A stretch of 64,000 bases of DNA from Camelus ferus (taxonomy: Eukaryota), in the NCBI RefSeq assembly GCF_009834535.1, contig NC_045696.1, positions 83,764,001-83,828,000 on the forward strand, in the 5' to 3' direction. The position numbers were made by a program, and so were the translations under genes. The notes below the pieces were generated by a model. The model was given only the letters and a program-made list of their open reading frames with translations. It was not told the origin of the DNA and searched no databases. This document shows positions 1 to 11,376 of this stretch, one piece after another. How positions within the stretch are numbered: the first letter of the stretch is position 1; every line of letters begins with the position of its first letter.

Positions 1-240
1 CCTGGTTCAGGCCCTTGTTATCTTTTACCTGGACTATTGTAATAGTACCCTCTCCTACCAATTCCTAAAACCTTTCTAAAGATGACACTAACACTACCCC
101 CCATTATAGTATTATTTAATAAATCACTACTGCACATCAGAAAAATTCCAAACTCCTTAACATGACCTACATCATTCTTTATAACCCATCTTAACTTTTC
201 AGCCTTACAATTTTACACTCTAATGCTGAATCATAATAAG
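1..240 (+). mobile_element. L2 LINE fragment (continues at ~1255-1640 after nested LTRs)
   Basis: L2-like text 'cctggttcaggccc...cctggactattgtaatag'; the downstream part ends in the L2 3' motif 'caataaatatttactaaat' near 1620-1638. Confidence 0.6.
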
Positions 241-279
241 TGTGACTCATCTTTGTCAAGCACTAATGTCTCAGTAACC

Positions 280-1250
280 GACCTTGACTCCTGTCCTTGG
301 GTGGGAAGTTGATCTGACCAGAGCCAATAATACTACCCCATATCTCAGGACAAAGTGCTTGTTCCAAGACAGGCACATGACTCAAGACACACCAACTCAA
401 TTCCTTCCCTGGGTTTTTTTGTTGGAGGGCAATTCTCCATGTTGTTTCTACACATCTTGTGACAGCTTTTATCCTAGACTACCTTGTCAAGGATATTTGC
501 CTATCAAACAGCTAGATGCTAGAGACAGTATCTCCTTCTGGGTCAGAGGGCATGTTTGTTCCCTGACTAGAACAATGAAGATACTGTGTCCCTGCAGGGT
601 GGAATCTGGGCAGGTTTGCTAGCAGTCCCTTTATAAGATGGAAAGTTTCCTCGGATCAGAGATCCTTAGCTGTGACACCAGCCCACTGTGTGTGCAACAT
701 CCATTTGGGATGCTCCACATCGTCCCCAGATACTAGGGGATCGAAGGGGGACTGATGCAGCTCACCTTGCCTGCTGTGCCATGAGGAATATTTGTCTTTG
801 AGCCAGCAGTCTGGAGTCTTCTACCAGCATCCATATAACTGTGGCAGGCTAACTTCTTAGCCTGTAAGGTGGATGAAATTCCAGCCCCTGCACAATTATT
901 GACATTTTTGCATGCTGGAGCCAATGGAAGATAGCACCTCTTTCTTTCCTTTCCAATAGCAAAGCTACTGTGTTGTAATTTCAGGACAGCTGGTGTCTGT
1001 TTTCTCAGTTGTGTGGAGAAAATAGTCTTCAGAAGTAGAGAACAAACCTAGCCCATGAAGACAAGCAAAATGCAGAGGTAGAGATGAAGAGAGCTGTGGC
1101 ATTTTTTCTAGCCCCTATATCTTGCCATCCCTGATGCCAGTCAAGTCTACCCACAGGTTGATTAATGAGCCAATAAATTCTACTTTTCCAATTGAGCTAG
1201 TTGGAAATGGATTTCTGTCACTTGCCACCTGAAGATTCCTGACTAAGACT
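280..1250 (+). mobile_element. ERVL LTR33/LTR16-like solo LTR, split by an LTR40-like insertion
   Basis: 3' end 'ccaataaattc...gagctagttggaaatggatttctgtcacttgccacctgaagattcctgactaag' resembles the recalled LTR33/LTR16 terminus; the 5' part lies at 280-419. Confidence 0.6.
420..904 (+). mobile_element. LTR40-like ERVL solo LTR
   Basis: TG...CA ends (tgttggagggcaattctccatg ... caattattgaca), TTTTT on both flanks, internal TATAA near 631, and 'gtggcaggctaacttcttagc' matching the recalled LTR40 3' end. Confidence 0.75.
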
Positions 1251-2189
1251 GGACTAACGTTCAGTTCCTTTAAATCATCATGCTCGCTTGCATCACAATA
1301 AATTTTCTACCTACTCTCCCTCAAAACACAGTTCAATCCCTATTTGCTCTCCTCTCCTTTACCCAGCTCATTGTTCTTGGTCTCACCTTAATACCAATTC
1401 TTCTGGGAGGGTCCACCTCTTACTCACCCTCCTCCCCAGTCTAGGGTGTATGTCTCTTCTATGTCCCCCTGTCAAATCCTGTACGTCACTTCACAGTGCT
1501 TCCCACCATGGATGGCAACAGCCTGTAAACTTGTCTAGACTCTCCTTCACATTCATGTCCTGGGAGGGTGGAGAGCTTATTTCTCTTGTTCATTGCTGAA
1601 TCCCAAGCACTGATACCTTCAATAAATATTTACTAAATAAAATCTTCTTGTCCTCATCTGTAAAACAAGAATATTGATGATTTCAAGGTCATGCAACAAA
1701 TAAGTGGCAGAGCTAGAATTTCTTCCCGGGTGAATCTGATTCCAACGTTAACTACAAATACAGCCAGGGTTGTATGGATCATTATCTAGTGTCACATTTT
1801 GAGTTTCACGTATAAAGAAGGAGTGCTTTAAATTTTGCAAAAACAAATATAGGAGTAAAAAAATAAATAAATAAGTGAAGTCTCAGCCATAGGGTTTTGA
1901 GGAGGAAACAACTGAAGTTATTTGACCTAAAAAAAGACAGAGTCAATTGTCATTGTATGTCTGTCTTCTAAGAAGCATCAATTGCAGCATGAAGAATAAA
2001 GAATTTATTGAGAAACAGGTGAATGGAGTCGTGAAACTGAGAGAGGTTTTCAAATCAGAATATATTAAATAATTACGATTTACAAGAGCCAAGCCTAAGC
2101 CAGTGAGTATATGCAATATCCTCTTGGGATTTCCTTGGGTCCTGTGACCAGCTCTTGTGGGAGGGCCAGCTGGTATGATGGAGTAGGCT

Positions 2190-2670
2190 ACGTGTTCATC
2201 CCTGGTTGTCCTTTTGCCTGCATACCATTTCCTCTCCTGCTCTTCATCTGTAGAAAGGCCTAACCCTGCAGCCACTGGAGTGGGCCCCCAACCAGAAAGG
2301 GTACTTGATCTTCTGGGATTTCTATAGTGAGGCTAGATAAAAGAAATGCTCTCTGACTGCTCTGGTGATGACAGGAATCCGTATATTTGGAGCTTCCAGG
2401 AGTCATACTCCTCATGACATGGAGAAAACTCAGTTGCAGCAGAAGAAATGAAGCCAACACAGAAAGAAGGACAAGATTGGAGTGTGGGTAGGGGAGCAGA
2501 GGGAAGGCAGGAAAGGGAAAGAGACAGAGTCATAAAGCGAATGGTGTTCAAATTCCCAGGTTGTGACTTCCTTTGATTTTATTTGCCAATAAATTTCCCT
2601 CCCCTTCTCCCCTCAAGCTAGTTTAAGGTTCTTTTCTGTCACTTACAACCTGAAGAATCCTGACTTACTC
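2190..2670 (+). mobile_element. ERVL LTR33/LTR16-like solo LTR
   Basis: Same 3' terminus as the 280-1250 element ('ccaataaattt...aagctagttt...ttctgtcacttacaacctgaagaatcctgact'). Confidence 0.55.
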
Positions 2671-2916
2671 CGACATCAGGTTTTATTTGTGGGATGGAAC
2701 AGCATTAGGGTGAGAGGAAGTACTCTTCATTAACTTCTAATCATCGTCCCCTAAATGTAGCCAGTTTTAATAAACAATGGCATGCTTTTTGCCAATCTCT
2801 CGATCATCATTGTTTCTCCTCGATCTGTCTTTAGGCTCAGAGAATCTGTCCTAAAAGCTTTGGGGGTATTGTCATGAAGTTAAGAATACTTCCATATCCC
2901 CATTTTTAGTCTATAC

Positions 2917-3132
2917 CAAAGACTGGCAAACATCTCCCCTAAAGAGCAAAATAGGAAATCTTCTGGTCCCTGTGGGCCATAGAGCCTCACTTGAAACTAT
3001 TCAACTCTGCTGTTGTTCTGTGAAAACAGCCAGGGACAAAGTGCAAAGGAGTGAGCCTGGCTGTGTTCTGATAAAACTTCATTTACATAAACAGAGAGCA
3101 GGGTGATGCAGCCTACACACTGTAGACACCTG
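2917..3132. mobile_element. MER58A-like hAT-Charlie MITE
   Basis: 'ggcaaac...tgtgggccata...attcaactctgctgttg...ggctgtgttctgataaaacttcatttaca' follows the recalled MER58A consensus. Confidence 0.75.
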
Positions 3133-3740
3133 GTTTGTATGATCCAAATGCTTGCTGTGAAGACAATTATTTCAACAGAAGACAGAGCATCTTGAGATCT
3201 TCAGGTACCAAGGCTCTCTAGTTCTTTCCTCTAATCCCTTCTCTGTTAAGTTGGTGGGCACTCAACATCTTCTTAGCTGCTGCATTTGTACACTATTTTA
3301 AGTAATTGGAAATGAAATACTTTTGTCCTTTACCATCTTGGCTGATCTTGTGCTCCCCATTTCCTGTATGTTTCCAGTGGAGCTTGAAATTAAATGTCAT
3401 TTCTGTTTCTCTGTTAACACATGCACGGCATTCCCTATAAAGTATATCTCTTGTAAAGAACTGATTCATTGGAAAACTGGTTTGAGCAAGATGACAAGCC
3501 TTCTTTTGGTCTGATGTGTTCTTTCTCCTTTTGAAGACTTAAGGAATGGGAATCAATTGCCACAGCTGTCCATTAGTACATTCACAATCAGATTTGCGAT
3601 CTCAACTCTGAGAGTCTTTTGCATTCACTAAGTATCTGATTACTGTTAAGCTGATGCATCCCAGTGGAATTAGACAATTTTTTTTAATATACAGGCAATG
3701 CAAGCACTTTTTATATTCTTTTAGCCCTATCCAATTATCT

Positions 3741-4262
3741 TGCGTGGTGGTTTTAAGATTTAGCCACAAAATCTTTGATAGTCTTCCCTTCAAGAGGTAG
3801 AGTTCAGTTTCTCTTTCCTTAAGCATGGGCTAGACTTAATAACTGGCCTCTAACAAATAAAATTAGGAAAGGGTGATGTTGTGTGACTCAGAAATTAGGT
3901 CAAAAAGACAATGCAGCCTCCTCCACACTGTCTCTTGGAAACCAGCTACCATGTCAAAAGGATATTCAAACAGCATTATGTCAAGACCTACACCCATGTG
4001 GCAAGAAATTGAGGCCTCTGGGCAACAGCCAGTGAAGAACCAAGGCCTCCTGCCAACAGTCACATATGTGAGTTTGGAGTAGATCCTCTGGCCCCTGTCA
4101 AGCCTTCAAACTACAACTTGATAACAAGCTCTTTAGAAACCCTGAGCCAAAATTACCCAGGTAAGTCACTCCCAGATTCCAAGCACAAACAACTATGAGA
4201 TAACACATGCTTATTATTTTAGGTTTTGGAGTGACTGGTTACACAACAGTAGATAATAAACA
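3741..4262 (+). mobile_element. MaLR MLT1 (E/F/G-type) solo LTR
   Basis: TG start, typical MLT1 body, end 'ggttacacaacagtagataataaaca', near-TSD tatct/catct. Confidence 0.7.
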
Positions 4263-4482
4263 CATCTTCTAAGGGTGTTTATGACTGAGTGGAGAGGCCA
4301 GGGGTGAAGATGTGCAGCTGTATGGTGGACCTGAGCATCTAACCAGTAGCTCTGCTGGAAGCCAGGCCCACATGTGCTAGGGAGGCAGGAGGGAGTTCAA
4401 CCTAATGAGCTGGATAAATTTAAGCCAACTTATTTCCTCAAAATAAGTAGATTATTTTTGCCAGATATTAGCAGCCTCTAAA

Positions 4483-4650
4483 TTGTGGTTCTCAGACTTG
4501 GCTACACACCAGGAGAATTTCTAAAGTAATGATACTGGGGTCTCACTTCCAGAGACTCTGAATTAATTTTCCCAGGCTGTAGTCTGGGCATCGGGATTTA
4601 AAAATTTCCCCAGGTGTTTCTCATGTACAACAAAGACTGAGAACGACTGC
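4483..4650. mobile_element. MER5-type hAT-Charlie MITE
   Basis: Degenerate TIRs 'gtggttctca...tgagaacgactg' and MER5 core 'ccagagactctgaattaatt...tctgggcatcgggattt'. Confidence 0.7.
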
Positions 4651-5198
4651 TTTGTGAGTTAGAAGGTGGGAAGAGTAATGTTTTTCTCCAACACCTCTTT
4701 ACCAGATGATAAACTACAATGAAAGCAAGACTCAGACCAAATTTGCAAAGCAAATACGTATAGGCAAGCAGAAACAGACATCAGACTTTTCTGAGGTCTC
4801 AGTGAAGTCCCAGGTACCTATCCTTTTAGGTACTTGAGACAAGCATGAGGCATAAAGGATTTGCTTGTGCAGATCCTGTAACATTCTAGGAACAGGATTC
4901 AGCTCACCATCTGGTCAGATCCTGTGCCTTATGGTCTCCCCGCACGAGGCCCATGACCTTCTGCCATGGGTGCTGGGTTCAGCGGGTGCCCAGGCCTTTT
5001 TGTAGGAGGGGAAGGTACCTGTGCAAAACTTCCAGCTCACCTGCATATTTTGAACACTGTTCATTTCTACAATAATAAAAAAAAAAGTCTTTAATATCCA
5101 TCCTATTTAACAAAACATATGGTGCTGATGTGAGCTGAAGCGAGTAGAAGCTCTTGTGAGAGCAGCCTCCAGATTGTGGGCCCCGATGAGAGAGCACT

Positions 5199-5599
5199 CA
5201 TTTCTCAGCCCTGGAAGCAGACGAGAGCCACTAAAGAAACTTTTCAAAGAGACCCCAACCCCAACTCCAGTCTAATCAGATCAGAAACTCTAAGGGCAGA
5301 ACCTAGGCATTCGTATTCTTTCAAAACGGCTCAACAAATCAAGATTGACTGGGAGACGCAATCCTAAACGGATGTAATACACACAAGGGAGTTTTTTAGG
5401 TGGTGAAACTCTTCTGTGTTCTGACTGTGAGAGCTGTATACAAATCTGTACCTGTATTAGCACTCATAGAACTGCACAATAGCAACAAAAGAAAAGGCCC
5501 ATCTTATTGTATGGTAATTTTAAAAGTAAAATATAACTATAAAATTATTTTTAAAAGCCTCAGATGAGTCTAATGAACAACCAGGGCTGGAAGTCACTG
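5199..5599. mobile_element. MER5-type MITE interrupted by an old L1 3'-UTR fragment (~5380-5550)
   Basis: MER5-like halves at ~5199-5330 and ~5555-5599 flank L1MC-like text 'ggtggtgaaactcttctgtgttctgactgtg...actcatagaactgcac'. Confidence 0.55.
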
Positions 5600-6962
5600 G
5601 ATTAGATTCTTTCAAGGGCTGATCCACCATCTCTGGGACGTGCGTTCATAGCTAAGGCACCACCAGCGTTAACGTCCTAAGTTACCAAACCTCCTCACCA
5701 CACACGTGCACACATCCACATGTATAAGCTCACCACATTGCCTCTGCTGCAGTATTTTAAAGTAAATTATAAATACTCTAATACTAAGCTATAGCTATCT
5801 TTCACAGATTCACATGGGGGAATTTCGAATATTCCAGTGGAGAATGGCATGAGTCAACAGTTCTATTAATCTCTACTCTTGGAGGAAAAAAACTCAAAAT
5901 GCAATTTCTTTGCCTCAAAACAATGTTTCCCCAACCCATAAACCGATTTTTATAGAATAACAAAGAATCCCAAAAGGAGACTAGCTTGGCAGTTTAATTA
6001 GTTTCATTTCCGAGTAGGATCACAGGAAGAAATAAATATATTTTATAAAACAAAACAGTGTGCATGAAAATGTATGATTACATTACATAAAGGAAACAAA
6101 AGTTTCAAAGAACAACTCGTGCTTCTCCTATTTTATTCTATTTTGTGGTGGTGTTGGTCATGACTCGATATCTTGCTATCATGATGCACTAATGGTGAGA
6201 AAATCACAGTTACCACACTCTGGAAGAATATAACCAGGTGCCTATGTTTCTTCCTGCCATGAGGCAAGGAGACTGATATGAATTTGACCCCTGCCTGCTC
6301 CATTCTCTAGCTTTCTGAAGTCAAGACACGTTTCTTGATCTTTGTGTGCCTCCATTTGCCCACTGGTAAAATGGGAACAATGGCAGAAACCTTCATGTTG
6401 TGGCTGGGATCACTAAACCTTCCTCTGACCATCTGATGAGCCCGACTCTTAAGTTTCTCTCTCGATATACTTTAGACTCACTGAGAAAGAGACAGGACAT
6501 GGAAGCCCTGGACTCTTTCTGAGTTTGGAGGCCAGAAGACTAAACCTGAATTTATTCTCTTCTTCCTTTGGATACTGTTAGGTGATAGCAAGGTCTTATC
6601 AGAGATTTCAATATATGAAATATCCACAGATCTAAAAAAAACAGTATGAATTAATTCGTCTCCAGTGATTTGAGACACTCCGGTTGGAGGAAGAAGAATA
6701 AATTAAGCAGTTGTTCTGGCCAAAGAGGACTGAGTCATAACCCAAGTTGAATGTCCCATCCACATCCTTCCTTTAAAATAATCAGGACTGTTTCACTTTT
6801 ATGAATTTGCCTTATGGAAAATCAACAGTATATGAGGGAAAATGAGATGATTACTTTAGCTAAGGAAAAATTTATGCGAACAGTCTCAGTGGAAGGGCAT
6901 GGCCACACAAACAGGTCTGGCTGAATCTTTCACCATTCACTCACTTCCAAGGCATCCCAGGG

Positions 6963-7165
6963 CATCTGGAGACCTAGGATAAAGATGCCAAATGTGGTAT
7001 GATTCTGACTGAGAGCTGTATTCACCGGCTGGCTCCATATTATAAGACCAAATGACTTTTCCCCACAACTGGAAATACGAGCCATCCACAGCCTCTGCCA
7101 TGGTTGCATAAATGTGCCTGTGTACTCAAGCAATAAAATCGTTCTTCAACTAGAAAAAAAAAAAA
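6963..7165 (+). pseudogene. RPS13: 5'-truncated processed pseudogene of 40S ribosomal protein S13 (C-terminal third, 3'UTR and poly(A))
   Basis: Translates as HLET*DKDAKCGMILTESCIHRLAPYYKTK*LFP/NWKYEPSTASAMVA* versus RPS13 [51 protein letters not shown]. Stop at 7109-7111, UTR 'tgtgtactcaagcAATAAA' (7132-7137), A-tail 7154-7165. Two premature stops and a frameshift; no intron. Confidence 0.93.
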
Positions 7166-7784
7166 TCTTATTGCCTCCTATCCCATCACAAAAGTGATGT
7201 TTCCTTGGTTTGTTTTCTGTTTTTGTTTTTTTTTTAAGTAAGCAGAAACGTAAGTTTTTATTAGAGTTCTGAAAAGAAGAAAGTAAAATGTACAAGTTTA
7301 ATAAAAAAGGCCTTTCCTTTTAAACTTAAAAAAAAAAAAAAAACCTAGCCAACTAAGCAGAGTTTATTCAGATACTCACTAAGGTACTTCCTAAAGCTTT
7401 AGAGACATGGGAAAATATGCTGTATGTACAGAACTATTAATCGGGCAAAATGCAAATGAAGGAAATCACAAAGCAACACAACTACTTCGTTCAGCCTCTC
7501 ACTTCTGTTATTTTGGGCATGGGCTGGGTGGGTAGGAGGTGGTGGTTGATTTAGGTGGCCAGTCCTGCTCTTTATTCACACCGTGGACAACAGATCTAAT
7601 TAACTAACATGTGCTATTCAGCCTAGTCTATTAAATCCGAGACTAGAAACTTTTCCAAGACCTGGCGGAAAACATAGTGACCCTGATGCAAACTTTGTGC
7701 TTAAGTGAGGGTAGTTCAATACATTTAAATCTCCAAACTGGCAAAAGCTATGGGAAAGATTGCTAATCCTGAGAGAAAAGTAGG

Positions 7785-8399
7785 TGTTGGTTTCCAGTTT
7801 TGGGAATGCCCCCAGAGTGAAATCTGAAGCTGGCCCCTGGACACAGAGGGCAGGGAGAAAGGGAAGAAAGAGGCGGGGGTGGAAGGTGGTATAGCTCAGT
7901 GGTACCGTGCGTGCTTAGCACGCGCGAGCTCCTGGGTTCCATTAAATAAACAAACAATAAACAAACAAACCAACCTAATTACCTGACCCCCACAAAAAAA
8001 TAAAGAAAAAAAAAAAAAAAGAGAGAAAGAAAAGAAAGAAGCAAGCCACTCCAGCTTGGTAAGTGGCGGTTTTCATAAGCAAGGAAACTTACATACAAGG
8101 TCTCGGGCTGTCGCAAGATGTGTAGAATTTCGCACCCGCCGCCAGAATCCTAAAAGTTCATATACAGAGGCCTCAACTGGATTCAGTCCCGGATACCGTC
8201 CAGATGTTGGTCTCAACATCACACTGCTCTCTAGGCTCCCCGGAAGCTGCGCCCTCGCAACAGCACCCGCTGTGGCAATGCTGGGCGAACGTACACGCCG
8301 AGGACGCACACGAGGGTGAGAAGGCGCCTCCGGCGGCTGCGCGCGGCACAGCTTCCGGGTCAAAGGGCGATGGCATCCGTGCCGCGGCCTCCTCCAACA
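7785..8399 (-). mobile_element. Ancient ERVL-class solo LTR (MER73/MER74/LTR53-like group), split by a SINE
   Basis: Minus strand starts TGTTGGAGGAGG and ends ...AAACCAACA; TATA-like 'ctgtatatgaactttt' and R/U5-like text are present; the sequence resumes across the SINE TSD. Exact family uncertain. Confidence 0.65.
7875..8031 (+). mobile_element. Camelid tRNA-derived SINE (Vic-1-like)
   Basis: A-box 'tagctcagtgg', 'gtgcttagca...cctgggttc', (AAAC)n, 'cctaattacc', A-rich tail, and TSD aagaaagaggc (7864-7874) / aagaaagaagc (8032-8042). Confidence 0.85.
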
Positions 8400-8465
8400 G
8401 CAGCAGCGCGACGTAATCTGAGGTGCGACTAAGTTACTAAGGGCCGAAGAGCGCAAAACACGTTT
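8100..8465. promoter_or_regulatory. CpG island, candidate promoter
   Basis: About 35 CpG in ~360 bp by hand count in an otherwise CpG-depleted window; CCGGAAG at 8240-8246, CTTCCGG at 8352-8358, GACGTAAT at 8410-8417. Confidence 0.65.
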
Positions 8466-8812
8466 AAGAAGAATGAAACTGAACTGGGAGGAAAATTAGC
8501 TATAACATACATTTAGAGAGGGGAGAACCGTCAATGCTGAACCTGAAAGCGACAGGTTTAATCTGCATGGGACCACGCAGGAGGAGACTGCAAGACGACT
8601 TCTTGGCTCCCCACTTTGAAGATGCACTTGAATGCAATGTGTGCGTACACATTTGACTTTTGCATACTGCGAGCTGGCTACACGACAGGACAGCCCAGGT
8701 CAGGAGCATCCCTGTCTGAGAGCCCCGGGAACCTTCTCCTGACATCTCCGAGTCTTTCTGGTCCAAGATCTGACAGGGTTGCTGTAACTTCCATGAACTC
8801 TCCCAGGTACTC

Positions 8813-8894
8813 CTTTCTTGTTCTTTTTCTTTCTTCTTCTTCTTCTTGTTTTCTTCTTCTTCTTTTTTTTTTTTTTTTTCTTTTTTTTTTTTTT
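8813..8894. repeat. (CTT)n / poly-T low-complexity tract
   Basis: Directly visible; it explains the poly-K/E ORFs at 8500-8945. Confidence 0.9.
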
Positions 8895-11376
8895 GACTAA
8901 TATTTGAAATGTCCTTAACTGAACACAAGGACTTGAAGGCTTCAAGTCCTCAATGAGGAATGAGTGATTTGGTACAGAGTTCTGTCTGAATGAAGTAGAT
9001 TATCCACCCCCACAGAATCTCAAGTAGCTAAATGCATGTCACTGAATCCTGGTGACATGGGGTTGGGCTGCTTCTGGGTGAAGAGCCAGAGAATGCTGGC
9101 TGCCTCGGGGGTGGAGAAAGAGAAGGAGAGGGCAGACAGATTTGCCTAAAGCCTGATTGCCTTGTTTGTCTTTAGTTGTGAGTAAAGTAAAAAATATACT
9201 TATTTTGCATTAAAGTTCAAAGATTCTGACCTTTGCAAAGTCTAGGAATAGTACTTTTTCCCCAATAGGTTGCTGACCCTGATTTCTTAATTGGGTTAGG
9301 ACTTTTGTCCTGCACCCCTACTTTGAATGGGTTTTAACAGCCCCTGGGAGCCTCTTCTATTCTGCCTTTTCATCGTGTCTTGGCTTCCATTGCCTCAGAG
9401 CTGTAGGAAAGCACTTGGGCACAGTCAAGGCTAATGGACCGGAGACCATGATTCCAATTTTTACTCCTTTGGCTCCACAGCTATAAATATTTCTGGTTTT
9501 GAGGGCAGATATCTGAATTAATAAATACCTGTGCATATACATATAGCATAGAAGGAGAATATGCAGGCTTTAATCTTTTTTGGCATTTCCTGTTCTCAGC
9601 TCTTGAATTGAGCTGTGCTTCCTGTTCATAGACAAACTTGGCCATGGCCCCTTCCTCTCCACCCCACCATCCATTCTTCTTACACTAGTAGCCTGGTCAA
9701 GATTCTGTGAGCCAGGATTCAGTGTGAAGGTCCAGCTGGCCCCTGGCCAACATCCCAAGGTTTCTTGACCTTTTTATTATTTTTAAAAATTTGATATCAT
9801 GAGAGTAACAAATAAGACAAAATTTACATTAAGCTAGTAACTGGCTTCTGGAAAGAATATTAATGCTATACTTTTTGTTTTTAGACAGCTTAGAAAAGCA
9901 AACATTCGAAGATTGGAGATCAGTTCTACTTTTTATATAATGTCTATTTCTAGAGAGCATCCTCATTTAATATAACTCTCAATAGCCATTTAAGATGGCC
10001 ATAGACGTTAGTAAATATATTCCATAAAAACTTCACAGCGTAGCATTCATTTTGTGTGTATTTGACAGCCTGATATAAGCAAGCATATAGTCTGTTTTAA
10101 TGAAGAGGTAACTCAGCAGCCTCGTCCATATATATAACTGATGAATTAAGAGGAACTACAACATTTACTTGTATATATTCCCCAGCCCACAATTTGAGGA
10201 CAAACCATTCAATTATTGTACCACTAGTCTAATACTTCCTTTATGTATAAAAAATTAATGAACTGTCATTTATATTTTGATGTCTAGAATAAAGAACTAG
10301 TTATCACCTTCATATCACACTGTTATCTCATAACTTTCTGTGATATTTCCCCAAGGACACAGTGCCAGTATATCTTTAAGTCTATAGGTGATGCCAACAG
10401 CAAGTAAGCTTTTCTAGTGATTCAAACACACTGAAGTCACAAATGTAAAATTTGAAAAACAAATTCCAACTGTAAATACTACTTTTATACTGGTTGAAAA
10501 GTCATGTATTTCTCCCTGTTGCTTGGAAATGCACTTAGCCTCTTAAGTGGTATTTCTTAGAAAGCCAAGAAATTGCTAAATTAAGAAAAAAATTATCAGT
10601 TCTTGATTTCAATTAACATTGTCATTATTTTTAAGTATATTTAGGTTATATTTTCAGAATTTAATGCAGTTGCCAAGTGGTATCAGAGGTAAAACTCTAA
10701 GTATGAATAATTTTTCCTTGTCCTTATTTGAAACTGAAAATATTCCTGAGGATTTGTGTGAGTAAATAAAACAAATGGCTGAAGTGTTTTGTATAATTAT
10801 AAATGGCTTCATACAGTCAGAACTGACTTGAGCAATTTTTGGTCAATTTAGTAAAATAATTGGCAACTTCATGATTCAGTAATTTAATATCCAATTAATA
10901 CATGGATTAAATGTAGCTCTTAAAATTATTTCCAAAGCTCTTGTTATCTTTGTAAGCAATCAAGAGGGAAAGATCATCATTTTGAAGAGACACTGGTATA
11001 GATCTGACTTGCCTTTGACTCAAGGTTCTGTCAAGTGAGTTGTACAATATGAGAAGCCCAAAGCTTTCTCTGGTAGGCAGGAATGAAGCAATCTATTGCT
11101 AATATTAATGGAGAAAATATAGGACTAGTTCACATCACTACATAGCAACACATAATTAACTGTCAGAGATTAAGCTTATTCAGAAACTTAAATAAGATAT
11201 TTAAATACTGCTTTGAAAAGTGATCATTTTAGGTAAATTAAAACAATGAATGTTTACAACAGAAATAAAAACAGTAATATTTGTAAAATAGTTTTTCTTG
11301 CTAATGCCTCAACAATTGAAGCAGAGGCAAATTTCTATCTAATAATGAACAAACACTAAAATTTGACTTTAGTGTC

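Noticed and set aside
8056..8456. Four overlapping ORFs in the CpG island
   Set aside because: Expected from stop-codon scarcity in GC-rich LTR-derived DNA; no known protein similarity.
8500..8945. Poly-Lys/Glu ORFs
   Set aside because: Artefacts of the CTT/poly-T tract.
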